DNA from: the human T2T-CHM13v2.0 reference genome, Homo sapiens
Reading direction: 5' to 3' (one strand)
DNA length: 64,000 bases
NCBI RefSeq assembly: GCF_009914755.1
Contig: NC_060932.1
Part shown: one piece after another, positions 53,756-64,000 of the stretch
Numbering within the stretch: position 1 is the first letter of the stretch
Layout: each line of letters opens with the position of its first letter
Made by a program: the position numbers and the translations under genes
Notes under the pieces: generated by a model
Told to the model about the DNA's origin: nothing
Database searches by the model: none
Seen by the model: the letters and a program-made list of their open reading frames with translations, nothing else

Positions 53756-55597
53756 TAACCCTTTGTCCAAAGTAGGCAAAGAGAGAAGAAATTACATTCT
53801 TCACGTCCCTGCCGTTTCAGACCATGATGGATTTACGTGGGTTATACCATTTAATACTCATAATACTCCTGCAGAGTAGGTATTGTTTTTTCCATTTTAA
53901 GGTGAGAAGACTGCAGCGTAGAAAGTTGAATTGCTTGACCCAAACCACACAGCTGGTAGGAAACAGAGGCAGGCTTCAGGCCCAGACCTGATGACCCCAA
54001 ACTTATTCTCCTTCCCTTTACGATGTTGCCTCCTGGCAGGTCTTTCACATCCCAAAAATGACTAGACAGGAAAATGTCTAGATACCTTTCCTGACTGACC
54101 TTCCCCCAATTCAATTGATTAACAAGAAATTGACTAACAGATTAAAAAGAATAAATACTGATAAACTAACAAATCAAACCAGTTGGTGGTTTGGTGCCTT
54201 GTTCCATAGCCATATCCAACATGAAAGATCCAGATGCAGCTCCCAGGCAGTATCTGGTGCTCGGCCCTTGCTCATGAGCCTACCCATTCCCTGTGTGTGC
54301 CTCAACTTCATGGAAGATGTTTCTGGAGTTAATTATTACCAGTTTGAATGGAATCTTCCTGCTGGTGTCCACCTTCAGCATCCTGTGATTTGATCTGAAT
54401 TGACTCTATTGGCTTTTTATTTTATTTTAACATCTGAAATTATTTTAAGAAAAACATCAGGATTGTATAATGAAATATCCTCAGTGGGTTTCTATTAAAG
54501 GAATAATGTTCCATATATAACAGTTTCCCTGCTTTAACTCATAGAGGAAGGGAGAAAATACCTGCCCAGGTCTTTGACCCCAAAGGAGACCCAGTGCCAG
54601 CACTAGGTATTTGGGAGACTTCAGAACTGAGCTCTCACCTCTCACTTCCCCCTTGCCCCATCTGTCCTCTTACCTCCTTACCTCACCAAAGTCTTAAAAA
54701 TGTCATTTTCCATCTTCATATTACTCATGGAAGAATCGGGTAAAAAGAAGCTTAAGAAGTAATTCATTTGTTCAGAAGTAATGAGAATCAGACCAGAGTG
54801 TTACAACATCTTGACAGGAGTTGGCAGGGGAAGGAATCAAGGTACTCATTGTCCCAACTCATTCCATCTGTTCTTTTTCTTTTCATCTGACTGCATAGAT
54901 CATTAACTTTTTCCAGCATATATTCTGTGGGGTCAGTCTGGGGACTCGACTCAGGAGTTTTGACCAGAAACTTAGAGCAGGGAATTAAACATTCACAGAG
55001 GGGTTCTTATTCAACCAACATTGACTGAGCGTTAATCATACCTGGGGGTCCTCTGGCATTACCAATATAACCTCTATGTATTGGGCTCATACTGTGTGCC
55101 TGGCTGGATTCCAAACACTTTGCATGCACTATCTCACTTAATTTTCACACCCATGTATCATGAGGAAGTAGAGGCTCAGAGAGGTTGTCACTTACTCAAG
55201 GTCACCAGAAAGTAAATCAGAGTTAGAATCTGGACACAAGTCTTTCTGACCCTAAATCACTATGTTGTGTGATTGAAGGTGAAAAAGCCATGATTTCTGT
55301 TTTGCAGTCACTCACAGTCTAAGAAGGAGTTAAAGATTATAAATAAATACAACATTCTTGTGCTGGGTCTCTCTTACTATAAGTTTTTCAACTTTACTGA
55401 GTGTCTGTTTTCAGTTATATACTGTACTGGGCACTGTGGAAAGTGAGATTAATAAGATATATTCATTTTCCTTAGACACAGTGTAGTGAGGAAAATATGA
55501 GGAAATATGATTAAATATAGCAGAAGAAATGAAATACTAGAACACTTATCAGTAAAGTGTCACGGAAACATGGGAGAAAGAAATTGTGCTTGGGAGG

Positions 55598-55923
55598 TGT
55601 CTTAGTCCGTTTTGTGCTGCTATAACAGAATACCACAGACTAGGTAATTTATAATAAACAGAAATGTATTGGCTCTCAGTTCTGGAGACTGGAGAGTCAA
55701 ATATCAAGGAGCCAGCATCTGTCAAAGGCCTTCTTGCTGCATCATTCCATGGGGAAAGGTAGAAGAGCAAAGAAAAGAAAGGGGACCAAACTTGCCATTT
55801 TATAATGGCATTAGTCCCACCCATGAGGGCTCTGCCTCATAAAGGTTTCACCTCTCATTACTGTTGCAATGGCAATTTAATTTCAACATGAGTTTTGGAG
55901 GGGACAAACGATGAAACCATAGA
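55598..55923 (-). mobile_element. MSTC/MSTD-like MaLR solo LTR
   Basis: tgtcttagtccgttttgtgctgctataacagaatacc...gaaaccataga; 5-bp TSD ggagg. Confidence 0.82.
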
Positions 55924-56896
55924 GGAGGTGTGGAAGCCTGTTGCTGGAAGGTTCCTATGGGCCCTCTTTTTGGCCTAAGGCCCAGCTCCTGCAATCTCCT
56001 CTCCCCAAGCAGGTGGTCTTTCACACTGTGCACTGCCTGCTTGCAGTGTCTGGGTGCCTGGGGAGAGAAAGAAAAAGTGCTACAATGTCATCAGACTCTC
56101 ATTCTTCCATCCATGGCCCCTGAACAGAAAACACCATGGGATGCACATGGCTTATGGGCATTCTGGTGTGAGTGGCTCCGTGGTTCTCATTTCAGAACAG
56201 AAGGAGGAGGACTGGCTGTCACAAGGTTGTGTTGACATGGTGTGATTTGACTCTCCAGCAGAGCAGGACAGGGTTCTTTCTCCCTTAAGTTGTCTTCATC
56301 AAACAGAAGTGGGTGGTGGGATAAGTCTTAAGACTTTGTGGATTGTTTCCTCCTAAGACCTAGTTTGAGAAGGGTAACCTTACTTAAGGAGACTGGTTTA
56401 ATAAATTACAGTATTCTCACAGGTGGGCCATGTGGACCAGTAAGAAACCATCTTTTGATTTATGATATAGTTTGAGCCAAAACATACTTATTAGCTGAGT
56501 TCTGAACATTAGTACATTGGATTCTATTTTCTCTAGTAAACAAAACCACACCAGTATACTGATGTAAAATCCCAGCACTGAAGCTGACATTGTCATTACT
56601 TTTCTCCCCACTCTTAGCTTTGTATTAGGTAATTGCATACATAATAGTAGGAAGTAGCCTCTATGGGACTAGGAAAGTCTGCCTAGAGACAGGAATCTCT
56701 GGGCCTGAGCCTTGCAGGATGGATAGGATCCTCTCCTTCACCTCTCTGTCAGCACTGGCACATGAGACAAACATTTTTACCAAGGATTTGATGAATATTT
56801 TCAATAATAGATTTTGGCCTTGCTTCAAGTCCATGGTTTGGTCATTTAGTATAGTGACATCTATACTGAGTGATGACTATGAGCCCATTAACACTA

Positions 56897-57266
56897 TGTA
56901 TTAGTCCATTTTCATGCTGCTGATAAAGACATACTGATAAAGACTGGATAATTTACAAAAGAAAGAGGTTTAACTGGACTTACGGTTCCACATGACTGAG
57001 GAAGCCTCACAATCGTGACGGAAGGCAAGCAGAAGCAAGTCACATCTTACATGAATGGCAGCAGGCGAAGAGAGAAATTGTGCAGGGAAACTCCCATTTT
57101 TAAAACCATCAGATCTTGTGAGACCCATTCACTATCACGAGAATAGCACGGGAAAGACCCACTCCCATGATTCAATCATCTCCCACCAGGTCCCTCCCAC
57201 AACACATGGGAATCATGGGAGCTACAAGATGAGATTTGGGTGGGGACACAGAGCCAAACCATATCA
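56897..57266 (-). mobile_element. THE1 (THE1C-like) solo LTR, complete
   Basis: tgtattagtccattttcatgctgctgataaagacatac...gggacacagagccaaaccatatca; perfect TSD cacta. Confidence 0.9.
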
Positions 57267-57460
57267 CACTAGGTCCCCTGTTTCTGAGGAATTGCCACTA
57301 GGATCAATTAGGAATTGAGATTTATTGAGTTCCTACTATATGCCAAACACCTTGGAAGCACAGAGGGTAGAAGTCCCTGCCCACAAAGGGTTGACAGTCT
57401 GGCTAAGGAGACAGATGTTAAAGAAAACAAACCTTTCTTAAGCATTACTGTATGTCAGAC

Positions 57461-57886
57461 TGTGTTCATCCATTTTGCATTGCTATAAAGGAGTATCCAA
57501 GACTGGGTAATTTATAAAGAAAAGAGGTTGATTTGGCTCATGGTTCTGCAGGCTGTGCAAGCATGGCACCAGCATCTGCCCAGCTTCTGGAGAAGCCTCA
57601 GGAAGCTTTTACTCATGGCACAAGGTGCAGGGGAAGCAGACCTGTCACATGATGACAGTGAGAGAAAGAGAGAGGGAACAAGAGAGGAGGTGCCAGTCTC
57701 TTTTAAACACTACTTCTTGTGTGAACTCATAGAGCGAGAATTCACTCATTACTGCGAGGACAGTACCAAGCCATTCATGATGGATCCATCCCCATGACCC
57801 AAACACCTCCCACCAGGATCACCTCCAACACTGGAGGTCACATTTCAACATGAGATTTGGAGGGGACACACCTCCAAACCATGTCA
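57461..57886 (-). mobile_element. MSTB solo LTR, complete
   Basis: tgtgttcatccattttgcattgctataaagga...ctccaaaccatgtca; perfect TSD cagac. Confidence 0.88.
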
Positions 57887-58919
57887 CAGACACTACTCTA
57901 AAGGCATTCCTTGTATCAACTCACACCCCTCTGGGAGGAGGGTGCTGTTCTCCTCCCCAGCCTCAGAGAATTACACCGTGATGTGGCTTGTATTACTGTA
58001 GTGGAATCCCAGGGGAGAGGTAGGGTGTTGGGGGTGCTTCTTCAGAGCATGAGAGAGGAACAGGAAATTCTGTTCTGCAAGGGATTATACAAAAGTGACT
58101 CTGGGGGAAAGCTGGATATAGAGAAAGGGAAGTGGGGTGAAGGAGCAGTGGCCACTGACTAGCCATAGGCAGTAGGTAGAGAGGAGGTAGCATGTCCCTG
58201 CCCTTACAGATCTCACAGCCTCAGAGGCAGAGACCTGCACACATGGACAATTGAAACATAACCTTCTTAGAGGGCTGTGGTCACAGATCAAAGAACGGAG
58301 CAGAGTCTCCTAGCATTCAGAAAGAGAAAAGCACAGACCTAGTGCAGCAGAGCACCAAAAGGAGAGTCCAAAGAGCCTGCAGCCATGGGCCTTCTGATTC
58401 TGCTATGAGCAGAGTTCAGAAGTGAGCAGAAAGTTCCATGCATCTTAGCATAGAATTGCAGAGTCTCAGGCTAAGCAATGTGAATGCAAATGAGACTGTT
58501 TGCAGCCCCTTCCTGGCAGTAGAGCCAGAGAGGAACTGTTCTAAGCCTCCAGAGGACAAGGGTATAAGTGCTGAGGGGAGGAGGGGGTGGTGCGTGGAAT
58601 AAGGGGTTGCTCTGTGGTTAAGCAGTACCCCAGAGCCCAGGGCTTCCTGGAAGGGGTGGGCCTCTGTGGCATTGGTACTCTCTGTTCTTTGAAGAGAACT
58701 AGGGCTGCCCATCTTATCTGCAGCTGTGCATTGTCTGCAAGTGGGGCAAGATCTGTTTACAAAGTCAAATGTGACTTCTAGAAAAGAGAGTTGAAGCCTC
58801 ACAGTTCCTGTCTTCTGCTAAGCAAATGTTTTTGGACCCTCTTGCAATTCTAGATGTAAGAATCTGGAAAGGAAATGACAAGCTCTTCTAATTATGTGTC
58901 TCTGCAACCCACATAGAAA

Positions 58920-60507
58920 CTTCCATATGTAGGTAGCAATTTACTGTAGAATCTATTCTTTATCATCATTCACATCCTATGAACAGCTTCTTAACCTTTT
59001 ACTAAGCATAAAGTCTGCTGCTGGCACTAGGCTAGCATTTGGCATGCAGTATCTCATTTAATTCCCTAACAATCTCATGAGGTAGGGCCTACTGTTACCC
59101 CATGCAGTGCTGTGCTGGCAAATATGTTACAACTGATGAAGTGGGAGTAAGAGCTATTTTTTAACTCACAACATTTCTGATACCACATCTGTCAGGTTTT
59201 TTGCCCCCACACCAACCAATTCTTCAACCCTCTGTTCCAGTGATTCAATTCAATCCAGACACTAACTACCTGGATTTCAAGTCAGACCCCACAGGTTAAG
59301 TCTCAGTCCCAGAAGACTGCCCCCACTTCAGATACCAATCACAAGCCCTGAGCCTCCTGCACTTCTGACCATATAAATTGGGGGTCTCCATGACCTCCTC
59401 CTTGGGGTCAATAATTTGCTAGAATGGCTCCCAGGACTCAGGGAAACACTTACTAATTAAGTTTTATTATAAAGGATACAACTCAGAAACAGCCAAAAGG
59501 AAGGGGTGCATAGGACAAGGGGGCTGGGGAAGGAGCCTCTAAGTCAAGAGCTTTTGAGTCCCTTGGGATCTCTAGAGTGACAAAAGTATCTTTTTGTCTT
59601 CTAATAAGATGACTGGTGGCTGGAGGCCCCTAGACAGCTTAAGAAGGAGGGCTAGCTGCCACAAAGACCAAGGCAAGAGTAGAAGATTGAAACTCTCAGT
59701 CCCCCTCCCCTATCTCCAAGAAGAAGAGAACAGCTGGAGATTGAGCGCATTGACCAATGGCCCATGACTTACTCAATTACTCATATGTGATGGAACCTCC
59801 TTAAGTCCCCTCAACAACCAGGTTTGGAGAGCTTCTGAGTTGGTGAACACACAGAGGTGCTGGGAGGGTGGGACACCTAAACAGGGTGTGGAGGCTCCCC
59901 CCCGGCCCTCTTGTCCTATGCACCCCTTCCTTTTGGCTGTTTCTGAGTTGTATCCTTTATAATAAAACTTTAATAGATAGTGGTTTCCCTGAGTCCTGGG
60001 AGCCATTCTAGCAAATTATTGATCCCAAGGAGGAGGTCATGGAGACCCCCAATTTATATGGTCAGAAGTGCAGGAGGCTCAGGGCTTGTGATTGGTATCT
60101 GAAGTGGGGGCAGTCTTCTGGGACTGAGACTTAACCTGTGGGGTCTGACTTGAAATCCAGGTAGTTAGTGTCTGGATTGAATTGAATCACTGGTCCAGAG
60201 GGTTGAAGAATTGGTTGGTGTGGGGGCAAAAAACCTGACAGATGTGGTATCAGAAATGTTGTGAGTAAAAATAGCTCTTACTCCCACCTAATCAGTTGTA
60301 CCATATTTGCCAGCACAGCACTGCATGCGGTAAGAGTAGGCCCTATCTCATCAGATTGTTAGGGAATTAAATGAGATACTGCATGCCAAATGCTAGCCTA
60401 GTGCCAGCAGAAGACTTTATGCTTATTAAAAGGTTAAGAAGCTGTTCATAGGATGTGAATGATGAAAAAGAATAGATTCTACGTAAATTGCTACCTACAT
60501 ATGGAAG
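58920..60507. repeat. Long inverted repeat: arms 58920-59539 and 59891-60507, spacer 59540-59890
   Basis: manual alignment of the left arm to the reverse complement of the right arm: ~25 differences in ~620 bp; 59237-59406 perfectly matched. Confidence 0.95.
59547..60270 (+). mobile_element. MER21-family (ERVL) LTR; its 3' half is also present inverted at ~59157-59539
   Basis: gatgactggtggctggaggcccctagacagct...ggagagcttctgagttggtgaacac...tctgagttgtatcctttataataaa...gaagtgggggcagtctt.tgggactgag...cagaaatgttgtgagt match recalled MER21B/C. Confidence 0.8.
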
Positions 60508-61059
60508 CTGAGGATTCTCAGGGCTCATCTCAGTCCTGTACAATAAAGAAGGTCCCACGCAAAGACTTATAATGCCTGTTACTTTTTCTCACTGATAGTG
60601 GGTGTGAAAGGAAAGTAAAGCAACGCAGCAGACTGTGTGGTAAATGCTCTGCTGACGTGAGATGCATGGTAATCCCCCCAGTAGATGTGCTGTAGCTCAC
60701 GCCACCATTCTCATAGTGTTCAGCATTTATGTAGTTGCCAGTGTTCAATCAGTATTGGGAGATGTTTCCTTTGCAAACAGAGCTTGCTTTGAATTTCAAA
60801 GTAAATTTCTAGGAGCAGAATTACTGGACCCAAGGGTGTGGACGTTTGAATGCCCTCAACATAGATAGTCAAATTATTCTCTGAAGATTGCACTCTCAGG
60901 AGCCTGGTTCTGTGAGTCTCTTCTGGGAAGAACAGACATTTTAAACAAGTGACAACAGGGTGACAAGTATCAAGCTGGCCAGCTGGATATAGAGGAACAT
61001 GGGGGTACTTCTGAGCAATTATGAGTTATATTAGGAGCTCCCAGAACGTGAGATGACAG

Positions 61060-61235
61060 AAGCCTTGGCTCAGCGTGGATCAGCAGCAACAGCAGCGCTG
61101 GGGAACTTGCTTGAAATGTAGACCTCAGATCCCATCCCAGACCTGCGGAATCAGACACTCTGGGGTGGGACCCAGCAAGGTGTGTGTTACCATGCCCTCC
61201 AGGTAATTTGGAAGTCTGCCAAAGTTTGAGATCTG
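61060..61235. mobile_element. MER5A hAT relic
   Basis: cagcagcgctggggaacttgcttgaaatgtagacctcag...gaatcagacactctggggtgggacccagcaa...aaagtttgaga. Confidence 0.68.
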
Positions 61236-61529
61236 GTGCCTTAGAGTGATAGTAGCAGGTGCTTCCAGGCAGATGATGCCAAGGGGAAAAGACATAATAG
61301 GATTGAAGGCTCTAGAATGCAAAGAGGCTGGGGCTTGGCATATCTGACCAAAGTGAAGAAGGCAGAGAAGGAGGTGGATGTGAGGCGACCCACGCAAGGA
61401 CTTTGGGACCAGAACACAGCATGACTCTGACCCATGGCTTTTCATGGAGACACACAGGGACAAGAGACATGGCAAGAGTATATTATTGTTAAAGGGCAGT
61501 ATTAAGAGTGAATCATACACAGGATGTAT

Positions 61530-61740
61530 TGAACGTTTACTATATGATCAGAGCTGCACCAGTATCAGCTCATCTAAACCTCGCAACCCTATGAGAGGCA
61601 CTGTTACTATGCCCATTTTATAGACAAGGAAACTGAGGACAGAGAGGTTGAGTAATTTGCTCAAAGTTACACAGCAGAAAAGTGACAAACCAATCTTGCC
61701 TGGGGCTGCTGACCCGGGAGCCCCTACTTTTAACTGCTGG
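61530..61740 (-). mobile_element. MIR
   Basis: cccattttatagacaaggaaactgaggacagagaggttgagtaatttgctcaaagttacacagc. Confidence 0.68.
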
Positions 61741-62274
61741 CCATGCTACATTGCCGCAGCTCCCTGTGAGCAAGGAGATCCCATGTACCGTCCTAGTTTG
61801 GGCCACTGGAGAGAAAAGAGTAATGAAGATTTAGATTTATTCAGTAAAGGAAGAAAAAGGGGAAGAAGATAATTTGCATTTATGTGTCACATACTGGGTA
61901 TGAATGGTTCTTCATTTAATGTTTACATCATCTTCGTTTTATCAATGCTGAAACTGAAAATAGAGGAAGTTAGAGGACTTGTTACTCTACGCTGCTTCCA
62001 AGTGGTCTGATGAGGTCCATATCCAGTCTGTCTGCCTTCAAAGTCCAGGCTGCCACCATGCTGTGCTGCTTGCTATTAGCAGCTGGCATTTGCTGAGCTG
62101 GTATCTTATGCCTGGCACAGTGCCAAATGTAATAAATTGTGTTATCTCCTGTAATTTTGTCATAATTCTCTAGGTGGGTAGTACTAACCTCATTGTACAG
62201 ATGTGAAAACTGAGGCCCAGAAAGCATAAGTGCCTTGCCCAGTTCACAGAGTCAGTAAGTGATAGTGGCTAGCA

Positions 62275-62659
62275 TTTGTGTTGTTTCCCACACGTTTCGA
62301 CTCTCTGCTCTCTGGGACGGGGTAGGACTGCACCTCCTCACCCTTGATCTCATAACCTAACTTTGGTCAATGTCATGAGAAAAGAAATGATGTGTGTCAC
62401 TTCTAGGCAAAAGCTCTAAGAGCAAGACTGAAATAAATCTGCTGCATTCGCTTTGCCCTGCATGGCAATTATTGAAACTTGAGGCAAGAAGGTGCCTTTT
62501 TCAGCTTGGTCCTTGAGAGACGATAACATAGAGCAAAGCCCCCAGCCTCTCTGCAGTAGGCAGGTGGTACAAGGAGAGGGATCCTGAACTGTTCTAAGCC
62601 ACTTATATGTTGAGATTGTTTGTTAGCTCAGCATCATCCAGCCCACCCTGACCGATACA
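62275..62659 (+). mobile_element. Old MaLR LTR (MLT1I/J-like)
   Basis: actttggtcaatg...aagaaatgatgtgtgtcacttctaggc...taagccact...ttgtttgttagctcagcatcatccagcccaccctgaccgataca. Confidence 0.55.
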
Positions 62660-62789
62660 GGTTGGGACAGTCTGTCTGCCTTCCAAGTCCAATTTTACAA
62701 TCACCATCTTATACTTATATTAATGCCTTCTGAACTCGATGATACCATGGGGGTAGAAAAGAACTGAAAGACTGCTTTTTCCTTTTCAG

Positions 62790-62852
62790 TTGCTCAAAAT
62801 AATGCTCCCAGTTTTTGCCCTTTGGTTGTTCTGCCTTCCCTCACAGAGAAAG
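62790..62852 (+). CDS. TG: TG exon 35 (63 nt)
   Basis: ttttcag|TTGCT...AAAG|gtaagt; (I)AQNNAPSFCPLVVLPSLTEK(V). Confidence 0.95.
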
Positions 62853-64000
62853 GTAAGTTCATTGTCTTTTTATCTCTTGGATGAGAGTACCCCCTCATTC
62901 ATCTTCTTTCTCCTCTTCCCCCTTGCTTTTGTACAGAAGTTGATAGCTTGCATATCACTCGCATTAATTCCAGCTCCTATGAATTAAACACATGTATAAG
63001 TGGGGTGAGTACCAGCAACATGCCCACTTTGCAGATGAGAAAACTGACTCACGGGAATGAAATGATTTGTGGAAATTATGTGGCTGATTGAAGCAGAGTA
63101 AGACCTAAGTCGCGTTCTCCCAGTTTTCATTTTAAGGATTATTTCGCCCTATCGAGTAATGACTAGACACACACAATCCGGAGGCAATGTCAAGAATGGT
63201 GTTATTTATGGCCAAAAAGGGAAAGAAGTCAGCTCCTTATTAGTGCAAAAGAGTTGGAGCTTACAGTTATCGGCCACACTGGGCAGCACTGTGACATCTA
63301 ATGATGAAACACTGGCCCTGAGTCCAGGAGCCCAGGTGCCCAGGTGCCCGGTAACATAGCCTGGACCCAGGCTGCCCTTGCTCCTGCACATCCCACTGAT
63401 CCTCCTCACTCATGGCATGAGTCAGCAGAAAGTGCAGAGAGGTTGGGTGCAGTAGAGACATCTGGATGCTCTAGATGGGGGTGAGGTGGAGGGGTCAGGA
63501 CAGCATGGGCCTCACTGCACCGTCCCCTTTTCTGCTTCCCTTTGTAAGGAAATGAGAGGCTCAGCCTGGGCTCCACACGCTGCTCAGCCAAGAGGCCAAG
63601 CGATGTTAATTCCTGTCCTGTGACATGATGTCTAAGGGGCCCTAGAAATCTGTCATTATGGCTATTATGGCCCTGGCTGGAGAGACAGAATATAGCTCAT
63701 GTAGGAGGAAATTATTTAAAACCAGGGCTGTGGCTAAAAGTATAAAAATGTCTTTTACTCATATATGTTATTAGTTTCCCTCAGTCAGTTAAAATAGCAA
63801 ACTTTGGAGAACACATTATATATAAAGTTGTTGAGCCTTCTATAGAAACTGTGTATGCTAAGCACTTTGCATTCATGATAGACGTTAGCTTCCTGAGATA
63901 CTGTAAGGTTGGCATCGTTATTTCCATGTCAGATGGTGGAGTAGGGCTTAGAGACAGATAAGGTTGCCCAAGACCAAACAGATAATACATGTGCTAGCCA

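Overview
This is primate (human-like) genomic DNA from the middle of the thyroglobulin gene TG (8q24.22), on the + strand. Fourteen coding exons, numbered 22-35 from recalled annotation, can be spliced by hand at GT-AG boundaries into one uninterrupted 1,734-nt frame (about c.4529-6262, aa ~1510-2088). This frame covers the last thyroglobulin type-1 repeat and most of the type-3 repeats. The introns hold Alu, L1, L2, MIR, MaLR/ERVL LTRs, DNA-transposon relics and several STRs. I found no new gene or novel multi-gene system, and the other ORFs in the track look like noise. The most unusual structure is a ~1.6-kb fold-back in intron 34: two ~620-bp inverted arms, ~96% identical by manual alignment, with a 170-bp perfect core and a 351-bp spacer. 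It arose by local inverted duplication across a MER21 LTR boundary. Smaller oddities are a near-consensus 5' splice site and 19-nt pseudo-exon beside a 600-nt UG tract upstream of exon 24, a tailless 34-bp Alu flanked by direct repeats, a (CA)n STR occupying the tail of an L1, and a 32-bp minisatellite with a palindrome. All alignments were done by eye, and repeat subfamily names come from recalled consensus sequences.
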